DNA of 64,000 nt. Source: an uncultured Gemmatimonadaceae bacterium. GTDB taxonomy: Bacteria; Gemmatimonadota; Gemmatimonadetes; Gemmatimonadales; Gemmatimonadaceae. This document shows, piece by piece, positions 19,305 through 27,207 of the stretch. Each line of letters begins with the position of its first letter. Positions within the stretch are counted from its first letter, which is position 1. The translations under genes were made by a program, and so were the position numbers. The notes under the pieces were generated by a model. The model did not search any database and was not told the DNA's origin. It saw only the letters and a program-made list of their open reading frames with translations. The DNA is taken from the NCBI GenBank assembly GCA_963790305.1, contig CAWBOC010000005.1, forward strand, positions 256,001 through 320,000, read 5' to 3'.

Positions 19305-20245
19305 GTGGCTTCTTGCTGTCCCAGCATCGCCAGCCTCCCGGCGCCGAAGAGTCCCGCGTCGCCCCCGAGCGTGCTGGCGACAAAGCGCACCTGCTCGATC
19401 GCGATCGGCTGCGCCCACCGCCTGGCCTCGCCGCGAATGCGATCGAGAAACCGCGCCGCCGGACCAAAGACGCCGCCGCCGAATACGATGATCTCGGGGT
19501 TGAACAGGCTCACGAGATTTGCCGACGCCATCCCCCAGAGCTCGATCGCGTTGTCGATCGCCCTCGTCGCAATCGTGTCGCCCATGTCATACGCGGCGAA
19601 GATGGCTCCCGCATCCAGGCCGTCAGCGGGTTCTCGAAGGGCCCCGCTGTAGCTCGCGTCGCCGCCCAGAAGATCGCGAGCGACCCTAACGAGCCCCGGA
19701 CCGGAGGCCTGGTCCTCGAAGCATCCGTGATTCCTGTAGCGAGGCGAGTACGGACGATCGAGCGCGAGCCAGCCAATGGCGCCCGCGACGTCCCCGTGGC
19801 CGCGAAGCACGCGTCCTTCAGCAAGGATGCCCGCACCGATGCCGGTGCCGACGGCGAGAAAGATCGCGTCGCGCGCTCCGGCCGCCGCCCCCCGCCACGT
19901 TTCGCCGAGGATGTACGCCGCGCGGTCGCTATCGATGGTGAGCGCGATGTCCGCTCCGAGCGCAGAGCGGAGCTCGTCTCGAAGCGGATAGTCATCCCAT
20001 TGGGGAATGTTCGGGGCCCAGACCGTCCCGCGCGCGGCACGATACAGCCCCGGAACGCAAACGCCGGCGCCGTCCAACGGGTGCTGCTCGGCGAGGTGTC
20101 GTATCCGCTCGACGATCAACGCCCCAACCGCGGGGCCGCGGCGGTCTGCCAGGGGCGTGCTCTCGCGCTGCAATAGCTCGCCTCCGGGGGTGAACGCGGC
20201 GGCGGCGAGCTTGGTCCCGCCGAGGTCGACACCGATGAAGGCCAT
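19301..20245 (-). CDS. ROK family sugar kinase
   Basis: GVDLGGTK, GTGIGAG, GCFED, FGGGV. Confidence 0.9.
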   Translation of the reverse strand: MAFIGVDLGGTKLAAAAFTPGGELLQRESTPLADRRGPAVGALIVERIRHLAEQHPLDGAGVCVPGLYRAARGTVWAPNIPQWDDYPLRDELRSALGADIALTIDSDRAAYILGETWRGAAAGARDAIFLAVGTGIGAGILAEGRVLRGHGDVAGAIGWLALDRPYSPRYRNHGCFEDQASGPGLVRVARDLLGGDASYSGALREPADGLDAGAIFAAYDMGDTIATRAIDNAIELWGMASANLVSLFNPEIIVFGGGVFGPAARFLDRIRGEARRWAQPIAIEQVRFVASTLGGDAGLFGAGRLAMLGQQEAT

Positions 20246-20268
20246 GGGCGGCGCGAAGGTAACACCCT

Positions 20269-20312
20269 GGGGGTCAGGAGTCAGGAGTCAGGAACTCCTC
20301 ACTCCGGACCCC
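20269..20312. repeat. Short TCAGGAG-type palindrome (outer-arm-only version of the composite element)
   Basis: GGGGTCAGGAGTCAGGAGT-cagga-ACTCCTCACTCCGGACCCC between divergent genes. Confidence 0.7.
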
Positions 20313-20406
20313 TTGGTTCTTCAGAGTCTTACACCTTCGTCGGTCGCGAGACTGGCGCGCGCAGCCCGCGGCGTCGTATCGTGTGATCCCCCGTCCCGGA
20401 GGACAC

Positions 20407-22356
20407 GTGCTCTCGTACCGCTACCGTCGTTCCGCCGTTCTGACATTCCTGGCGCTTGCCGCCTGTGCTCCCGGTGGATCGACGCGGGAGTCGCAAGGAT
20501 CCGTCGACCGCGTCTTCACGCCCCAGCAGTACACGGTCGAAGATTTCTACAAGAACACGAGATTCTTCGGTGCCTCGTGGGCGCCCGATCGCCAAAAGCT
20601 GCTCGTCTCGTCGAATCTGTCCGGAATCTGGAATGCGTACAGCTTCCCGGTCGGGGGTGGTGAGCCCCAGCCGCTGACGCAGTCGACGGGGAACTCCATC
20701 TTCGCGCAGTCCTATTTCCCTGGCGACGAGCGCATCATCTACACGAGCGACGAGGGCGGAAACGAGCTCACGCACGTCTACGTGCGTGATCCCGACGGCA
20801 CGACGAAGGATCTTACGCCGGGCAAGAAGCTGAAGGCGAGCTTCCACGGCTGGGCTGGCGACGACAAGTCGTTCTTCGTCTCCACCAACGAGCGCGACGC
20901 ACGGTACTTCGATCTGTACGAGATCGCGACCGACGGCTACGCGCGTACGCTCCTCTACAAGAACACGGAAGGGTTCGAGCTTGGCCCTGTGTCGCGCGAC
21001 AAGCGGTACATTGCGCTCGTGCGGCCGCGCACCACGTCGGACGCCGACATCTTCGTCCACGACCGCACCACGAACACGACGAAGAACATCACCGAGCACA
21101 CGGGCACGGTGAACAACTCGCCGGCGGACTTCTCGCCCGATGGCTCGAAGCTGCTCTTCGTGTCGGACAGCGGCCGTGAGTTCGCCGCGTTGCGGAGCTA
21201 CGATCTCGCCTCCGCGGCGAAGTCGACGGTGTACGAGCAACCCTGGGACGTATTGGGCGCGGAGTATTCGAAGGGCGGAAAGTATCTGACGGTGTACGTG
21301 AACGAAGACTCGCGATTCGTCGCCCGCGTGCTCGACGCGGCAGGATTCTCGGTGGTTGCGCTCTCCGACATGCCCACCGGGCTCGTGCGTGGGGTGACGA
21401 TTTCGCCGGACGATGCGTCGCTCGCGTTCTACGCCAGCGATGGCAGCGTGCCTGACGAGCTCTACGTGCGATCCTTCAGCGCCCCACCCAAGCGGCTGAC
21501 GAACGCGCTCCACTCCGCGATTCAGCGCGAGGATCTCGTCGTTCCAACGGTGGTTCGCTTCAAGTCCTATGACGGCGTCGAGGTTTCCGGCGTGCTGTAC
21601 CGCCCGCACCAGGCATCGCCCGATGCCAAGGCGCCGGCGATCGTGAAGGTGCACGGAGGCCCAGGGGGCCAGGCGCAGGTCGGGTACAACGCGCTCACGC
21701 AGGCGCTCGTGAACCGCGGCTACGTCGTGTTCGACATCAACAACCGCGGCAGCTCAGGCTACGGCAAGACGTTCTACGCGATGGATGACCGGAAGCACGG
21801 CGAGGCCGATCTCGGTGACGTCGTCGCGAGCAAGAAGATGTTGGCCGAGACGGGATACGTCGATTCGACGAAGATCGGGATCCTCGGCGGAAGCTATGGT
21901 GGCTACATGGTGCTCGCCGCGCTCACGCTCCAGCCGGACGCGTTCAAAGCCGGCGTCGATCTCTTCGGCATCTCGAACTGGATGCGGACGCTGAACAGCA
22001 TTCCGCCCTGGTGGGCATCGTTCAAGGAAGCGCTCTACGCCGAGATGGGCGATCCCAAGGCGGACAGCGCGCGCCTGCATCGGATTTCACCGCTGTTCAA
22101 CGCCGACAAGATCAAGGCGCCGCTCATGGTGCTTCAGGGAGCGAATGATCCGCGCGTCCTCAAGGTGGAGTCCGATGAGATCGTGGCGGCGGCGAAGAAG
22201 AACGGCGTCCCGGTCGAATATGTGGTGTTCGAGGACGAGGGCCACGGCTTCGTGAAGAAGGAAAACGAGATCGAGGGCTACACGGCCGTGCTCGGCTTTC
22301 TGGACCGATACCTCAAGGGGGGAGTGGCGGTCGCGGAGGAAGTCCCGAAGCCCTAA
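20407..22356 (+). CDS. S9 family (prolyl oligopeptidase/acylaminoacyl) peptidase lipoprotein
   Basis: Beta-propeller repeats, HGGP, GGSYGG, DPRV, DEGHGF; GGAGGA RBS before GTG. Confidence 0.92.
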   Translation: MLSYRYRRSAVLTFLALAACAPGGSTRESQGSVDRVFTPQQYTVEDFYKNTRFFGASWAPDRQKLLVSSNLSGIWNAYSFPVGGGEPQPLTQSTGNSIFAQSYFPGDERIIYTSDEGGNELTHVYVRDPDGTTKDLTPGKKLKASFHGWAGDDKSFFVSTNERDARYFDLYEIATDGYARTLLYKNTEGFELGPVSRDKRYIALVRPRTTSDADIFVHDRTTNTTKNITEHTGTVNNSPADFSPDGSKLLFVSDSGREFAALRSYDLASAAKSTVYEQPWDVLGAEYSKGGKYLTVYVNEDSRFVARVLDAAGFSVVALSDMPTGLVRGVTISPDDASLAFYASDGSVPDELYVRSFSAPPKRLTNALHSAIQREDLVVPTVVRFKSYDGVEVSGVLYRPHQASPDAKAPAIVKVHGGPGGQAQVGYNALTQALVNRGYVVFDINNRGSSGYGKTFYAMDDRKHGEADLGDVVASKKMLAETGYVDSTKIGILGGSYGGYMVLAALTLQPDAFKAGVDLFGISNWMRTLNSIPPWWASFKEALYAEMGDPKADSARLHRISPLFNADKIKAPLMVLQGANDPRVLKVESDEIVAAAKKNGVPVEYVVFEDEGHGFVKKENEIEGYTAVLGFLDRYLKGGVAVAEEVPKP

Positions 22357-23213
22357 CGAGGTTTCCCCTCGCGCCGGCGGCGCCACGCTCCGGGTGACAT
22401 CCCGTGGCGCCGCTGGAATTCGCGAGTCAGGTGGCTCTGGTCGCTGAAGCCTCCGGCGATGCCGATCTCGGACAGGCTCATCGTGCTTTGAGTGAGCTGC
22501 TCCGCGACCCAGTCCAAGCGCAGGCGCCGCGCATACTCGCCCACCGTCGTTCCGAAGTGCGCCCGGAACTCCCGCGCCAAATGCGACGGCGTCACTCCCA
22601 CGGTGGCAGCTACGCCGGACAGCGACACTCCTTCGCGGAAGTGTGCGTGGAGCAGCTCCTGCGCGAGCAGGAGCCACGGCGGAACACGTTCATGGAATCG
22701 ACCTGCGCGATGCTGCCGAGCTGCCGCCGCCAGCATGGTGTGCACGAGACCATCGACCACGAGGGGCGACAGGTCATCGGCCGCGTTGATCTCCTGGGCG
22801 ATGCGGTTGGCATCGGCGGCAATCCCGGCGTGACGCAGATGCCGCACCGCATCCAGAAACCCGCCGAACGCGACGAATGCGGCCGGGTCCGGCTGCACGA
22901 CGAGGACGCGAGCCCCATCGCGCCCAATTCGGTTGGCGTGGCGCTCGCCTAACGGTTCCACCCAGACGGCCGCCGGCGGGCAGTCGAGCGTTCGATGCGC
23001 AATCGCGGAGTCGAACGCCCCGCTCAACATCACCCCGAAGATGGGACGGTCGTGCGTGTGGGACGGCAGCTCGGCGTTCGGAGGAAACCACGCCTCGATG
23101 ACGCCGCACCCCGTCGCCTCCATGCTGTGGAAGCGCGGACTGCCCATCGTGACCGGTACGTGCCGTTGCCGCTGTCTCACGCGCGCTCCGAGGCTCGACC
23201 CAGCTGACAGCAC
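22353..23213 (-). CDS. AraC family transcriptional regulator
   Basis: Cupin HTH-D region plus C-terminal HTH GFSDQSHLTREF...SPGAWR; start uncertain. Confidence 0.88.
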   Translation of the reverse strand: MLSAGSSLGARVRQRQRHVPVTMGSPRFHSMEATGCGVIEAWFPPNAELPSHTHDRPIFGVMLSGAFDSAIAHRTLDCPPAAVWVEPLGERHANRIGRDGARVLVVQPDPAAFVAFGGFLDAVRHLRHAGIAADANRIAQEINAADDLSPLVVDGLVHTMLAAAARQHRAGRFHERVPPWLLLAQELLHAHFREGVSLSGVAATVGVTPSHLAREFRAHFGTTVGEYARRLRLDWVAEQLTQSTMSLSEIGIAGGFSDQSHLTREFQRRHGMSPGAWRRRREGKPR

Positions 23214-23311
23214 GATTATTCAATCCCGCGCACGGCTGTTCAAGACAGAGAACGCCTCCGGGTCAATGTTCCGAACCCATCGGATTCGGTTCCCCACTCC
23301 CGGAGGCCCCC

Positions 23312-23905
23312 ATGCGAAGCGTTCCTCGTGCTTTTGCCGCGTTCGTGGTCATTCCCATCGTGACCGCTGTTGGCTGTGAGAGCCCGACGGTGTCGGAGCC
23401 GTTGGCGGCCGCCGGAGCCAGGCTTTCCGCAGCCGAGTCGAACGGCGTCGTCCTCAGCTCCAGTGGCGGCGGACATTACTTCCTTCAAAGCGCGTTCAAT
23501 GTTCAGTTTGCCTACACCGCGAAGCGACAGGTGGACGGTACCGTCCAGGGCGAATTCCACGAGTCGTTGCTGCTCGAGGGTGAGACCGTCGCCTTTCGCG
23601 GCAATGTGATCTGCATGGCCGTGGATCCGGTGAATCACCGGGCGTGGATCGGCGCGGTGATCACGGAAAACACGTCGACTCACCCCGCGTTCCAGGAGTG
23701 GTATCACCAGCCGGGCGAGGACGTCTGGTTCCGCGTGGTCGACTACGGCGAGGGAAGCGCGGCGCCGCCGGACCGTAAGACCTTCATGGGGTTCGAGAAT
23801 ACCCCCGGAATCCCGACCTCGGAGGTGTACTGCCAGCTCCAGATCTGGCCCGCCGACGATGCACGCACATGGCCGGTGACGGAGGGGAATGTTCAAGTCA
23901 AATGA
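23312..23905 (+). CDS. Hypothetical lipoprotein
   Basis: Lipobox AVGC; GGAGG RBS; divergent from AraC. Confidence 0.7.
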   Translation: MRSVPRAFAAFVVIPIVTAVGCESPTVSEPLAAAGARLSAAESNGVVLSSSGGGHYFLQSAFNVQFAYTAKRQVDGTVQGEFHESLLLEGETVAFRGNVICMAVDPVNHRAWIGAVITENTSTHPAFQEWYHQPGEDVWFRVVDYGEGSAAPPDRKTFMGFENTPGIPTSEVYCQLQIWPADDARTWPVTEGNVQVK

Positions 23906-23994
23906 GGTGCTCGAGGTGCTCAATGTGCTCGAGGTGCTCAAGGGGAAAGCCGTTCCCTCGAGCACCTCGAGCACATTGAGCACCTCGAGCACCT
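23904..23994. repeat. (GAGGTGCTC)4 tandem-nonamer inverted repeat
   Basis: Four 9-mers and their complement fill the gap between two convergent stop codons. Confidence 0.88.
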
Positions 23995-24482
23995 TAGTCG
24001 ACGAACGCCCACAACAACTCCTGGCTCTTCCGATCCATCGCCTTCGGTGCAGCAAGCAAGTACAGATCGCCTCCGACATCACGAATGAGCAGGCCGCCCA
24101 TCGGCAGCACGCGCGGCCAGTCATCCAGGTGCGTCTGAAAGGATCGCGGCCCGTGTTTGGTCTCGACCTTCCACTGTCGGATCTCCACCTCCTCCTCGAT
24201 CGACACGACGCGCGTCACCTGCAGCACGAACCCCGCCTCGGCGAGCGCATGTTCGATCGCGGAGCGCGACTCCTCGCCGAGTGTCGCAGGGTCTTCGACC
24301 AACGCGACTTCCGTGTCCTCTTCGTCGCGCAGCGAGAGGTGTCGGTGCGGCTCGGACCACGGAAAGCACTGACGCAACCGTACCGGCACCGCGACGCCCT
24401 CGACGATGGCGAATAACCTCCCGTCGCCGGCGCCTTTTAGGATGAGCTCGGTTTCGCCTTCCAGCTCTAACGATTGAGCCAT
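23994..24482 (-). CDS. DUF1854 domain protein
   Basis: CFPWSEP..HLSL, WKVETKHGPRSF, LLIRDVGGDLY; downstream of ABC exporter. Confidence 0.8.
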   Translation of the reverse strand: MAQSLELEGETELILKGAGDGRLFAIVEGVAVPVRLRQCFPWSEPHRHLSLRDEEDTEVALVEDPATLGEESRSAIEHALAEAGFVLQVTRVVSIEEEVEIRQWKVETKHGPRSFQTHLDDWPRVLPMGGLLIRDVGGDLYLLAAPKAMDRKSQELLWAFVD

Positions 24483-24503
24483 GGTGAGTCCCTCCTTGGT
24501 GAC

Positions 24504-24571
24504 GAATTCGGAATGCGGAATGCGGATTCAAGTCATCAATCACCAACTTCCGCATTCCGAATTCCGCATTC
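24504..24571. repeat. (GAATGCG)n tandem-heptamer inverted repeat
   Basis: GAATTCGGAATGCGGAATGCGGA ... TCCGCATTCCGAATTCCGCATTC between co-directional genes. Confidence 0.8.
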
Positions 24572-26824
24572 TTATTGAAGCTGCAGCTGCATTTCGTACA
24601 ACCGCCGATAGATCCCGTTAGGCCGAGCCAGCAGCTCCCGGTGCGTTCCCGACTCGGCCAGCCGGCCCTCCTCGATCACGAACAATCGCGACGCGCGGCG
24701 CAGGGTCGACAGCCGGTGCGCGATCGCGAAGACCGTGCGACCGGCGATGAGCCGCTCGAGCGCCTCCTGAATCTCCCGCTCCGTTTCCGTATCGACGCTG
24801 CTCGTCGCCTCGTCGAGGATCAGGATCCGCGGGTCGTGCAGAATCGCCCGCGCAATCGAAATGCGCTGACGCTCCCCGCCCGAGAGCGTGTGTCCACGCT
24901 CACCCACCACCGTGTCGTAGCCCTGCCCCAGCTTGCAGATGAAGTCGTGCGCGTTGGCCGCCTTCGCCGCCGCCACGACCGCGCTCAGCGACGCCGTCTG
25001 CATCCCATAGCGGATGTTCTCCAGCACCGTGCCGTGAAACAGATACGGATCCTGAAGCACCATCCCGAGCTGCTGGCGATAGTGCCCCGTATCGAGCTGG
25101 CGAATGTCCACGCCGTCGACGCGAACCGTTCCGCCGGTGGCGTCGTAGAAGCGCGCCACCAGATTCACCACCGTCGACTTGCCACCACCCGACGGACCCA
25201 CCAGCCCGATCAACTCTCCTGCGCGTACGTCGAAGCTGATCCCGCGCAGGATCTGCCGCACTCCGTCATACGCGAACGTCACGTTCTCGAACGTCACGCG
25301 CCCGCGCACCGGCACCAGACGCACCGGCTCCGCCACGTCACGCACTTCCGGCTCGCTGTCCAGCACCTCGAACACGCGGTGCGCCGATGACGTCGCCCGA
25401 TTGATCGTGCGCGCCATCTGACCGATGATCTCGATCGGACCGACGAACATCGTCGTGTACAGCAGAAACGACACGAACACCCCCGCCGACAATGGCGAGC
25501 CTTCGCCGAGCAATCGAGGCATCGCGAAGATCCACACCATGACCGTCGTCGAGTGCACCGCGAGCATCAGCAACGGCCAGAACGTCGTCCACATCTTGTG
25601 GATCTCGTTCGCCTCATCGGTGCAGTCCTCGTTGCGCACGCTGAAACGCTCGATCTCGCGCGACTCCTGGTTGAACGCCTTTACGACGCGAATGCCCGGA
25701 ATCGTGTCCGACAGCACGTCGGTGACGCGCGACCATTTCCGCCAGGCGCGAATGAATCGCGAGTTGAGCGATTCACCGTGCCGGTAGATCATCCAGCAGA
25801 ACAGCGGCACCGGAAGCGTCATCACCAGCCCCAGCCGCCAGTCGAGCGAGAGCAGGACGACGCCCAGCCCGAGCAGCATCACCAGCGACAGTGACACATC
25901 CACCACTCCGAACGCCACGAAGTCCCAGAGCCGGTCGGTGTCCGATGTCACGCGCGTGATCAGGCTTCCCGTCTTCTTCCGCGAGAAGAAGGACAGGCTC
26001 AGGTGCTGAATGTGCTCGTACAGCTCGGCACGCAGGTCGCGCGCGACCCACTCACCGATCACCGACATCAAGCGCAGCCGCACGTGCGCCGCGATCTGCC
26101 GCAGCACGTAGAGCCCCGCCATCGCGCCGACGGCGATCCACGCGATCGTCGCCGCCGCGCCACGCGCCATCGTGCCTTCGTTCGCCTTGCGCACGACGTC
26201 GTCGATCAGATAGCCCGCCAGATACGGCGGCACGAGGCTCGCCAGCGTCACGATCGCCGCGGCCGTGAGGCCGAGCGTGAGCTCGCGGCGATAGCGCGTG
26301 AGATACCGCAGCAAGCGCAGGATGACCGCTGACTGACGGCCGGCCACCAGCGCCTGCGCGTCACGCACCGGGCGCGCGACCGCGTCCGCGTACACGCGGT
26401 CCGCATCGGTCGGTTCCACCGCGCGACCTTCCAGCGCCTCGTCCAGCACGAAGCGAATGTTCTCGAACGCGCCGCGCTGCCGCTGGGTGTACCGCACGAC
26501 CGCCAAAGGCGGATCGTCAGGCACACCGAGCAGGAGCAACGCGTTCGCGCTGAGCCCGGGCGATTCCTGCACCGCCTGTATGCGCGCGCGCTCGACCGAG
26601 TGCACGTTCCACGCGCCCTCTCCGGCCGGACGCGCCAGAGCGATGTGCCGGGGGCCTAACGCAAGCCACGACTCGTGCAGTCGCAGCCCGTGGTCGAGGT
26701 CGGCAAGGGCGTAGAGCTGAACCGGCTGATTTCCCCACTCGCGCTCGATGCGCGCGCGAAGCTCGGTCGGGAGGCGAGCTGGCTGGCCGATGTATCGGCT
26801 GATGATCTCTTGATCCTGATTCAT
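24572..26824 (-). CDS. ABC exporter, fused permease/ATP-binding protein with extra N-terminal domain
   Basis: Walker A GPSGGGKST, LSGGERQR, ILILDEATS, AHRLST; TM domain; about 150-aa N-terminal extension. Confidence 0.92.
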   Translation of the reverse strand: MNQDQEIISRYIGQPARLPTELRARIEREWGNQPVQLYALADLDHGLRLHESWLALGPRHIALARPAGEGAWNVHSVERARIQAVQESPGLSANALLLLGVPDDPPLAVVRYTQRQRGAFENIRFVLDEALEGRAVEPTDADRVYADAVARPVRDAQALVAGRQSAVILRLLRYLTRYRRELTLGLTAAAIVTLASLVPPYLAGYLIDDVVRKANEGTMARGAAATIAWIAVGAMAGLYVLRQIAAHVRLRLMSVIGEWVARDLRAELYEHIQHLSLSFFSRKKTGSLITRVTSDTDRLWDFVAFGVVDVSLSLVMLLGLGVVLLSLDWRLGLVMTLPVPLFCWMIYRHGESLNSRFIRAWRKWSRVTDVLSDTIPGIRVVKAFNQESREIERFSVRNEDCTDEANEIHKMWTTFWPLLMLAVHSTTVMVWIFAMPRLLGEGSPLSAGVFVSFLLYTTMFVGPIEIIGQMARTINRATSSAHRVFEVLDSEPEVRDVAEPVRLVPVRGRVTFENVTFAYDGVRQILRGISFDVRAGELIGLVGPSGGGKSTVVNLVARFYDATGGTVRVDGVDIRQLDTGHYRQQLGMVLQDPYLFHGTVLENIRYGMQTASLSAVVAAAKAANAHDFICKLGQGYDTVVGERGHTLSGGERQRISIARAILHDPRILILDEATSSVDTETEREIQEALERLIAGRTVFAIAHRLSTLRRASRLFVIEEGRLAESGTHRELLARPNGIYRRLYEMQLQLQ

Positions 26825-26854
26825 GTTCGTGATCCGCGCTCACAGTTAGGCAGC

Positions 26855-26893
26855 AAAAAGGCCTTTCAGGTCTATGGCAGCACCCGAAAGGCC
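26855..26893 (-). terminator. Intrinsic terminator/attenuator in the ABC leader
   Basis: Minus strand GGCCTTTCGGGT-gctgccatag-ACCTGAAAGGCC-TTTTT, about 30 nt before the ABC ATG. Confidence 0.8.
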
Positions 26894-26919
26894 GGATCAC
26901 GACATTGAATCCTGGTCTT

Positions 26920-27048
26920 CTAGGGTGCTCGGCCCCCGGCGGAGTCACCGCCAAAAACCCACGTTCCAGGGCGCACTTCGCCCATCAAGGCGAAGACGCG
27001 CGGTCCGGAGACGCGAATGAGAGTGATAACTCGGAGGCTTTCTATCAT
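26920..27048 (-). CDS. Putative leader peptide, 42 aa, ending RAP-stop
   Basis: MIESLRVITLIRVSGPRVFALMGEVRPGTWVFGGDSAGGRAP*, between promoter and terminator. Confidence 0.55.
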   Translation of the reverse strand: MIESLRVITLIRVSGPRVFALMGEVRPGTWVFGGDSAGGRAP

Positions 27049-27092
27049 TTCAGGATTGGGTTCCCCTTGTGGGAGGTGCTGCCGTTGAGCCC

Positions 27093-27121
27093 AAGATAGG
27101 ATCGGAAACCGAGGAGGGCAA
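27093..27121 (-). promoter_or_regulatory. Putative sigma70 promoter of the leader-ABC operon
   Basis: TTGCCC-N17-TATCTT on the minus strand. Confidence 0.6.
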
Positions 27122-27207
27122 GATCCCCGCCCGGTCCGCCTCACAAGTAGGTACGAACGGGATCTGCGTCAGGATTCACGTTCCGGGTTTCCATTGGCCG
27201 GCATCGA

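Noticed and set aside
23904..23994. CRISPR array
   Set aside because: Units are 9 bp, contiguous, without spacers and inverted; no cas genes in the window.
26850..27200. Known riboswitch (cobalamin, TPP, SAM) or RiPP precursor upstream of the ABC gene
   Set aside because: I could not find the conserved aptamer motifs, and no RiPP modifying enzymes are nearby; the layout fits a leader-peptide attenuator better.
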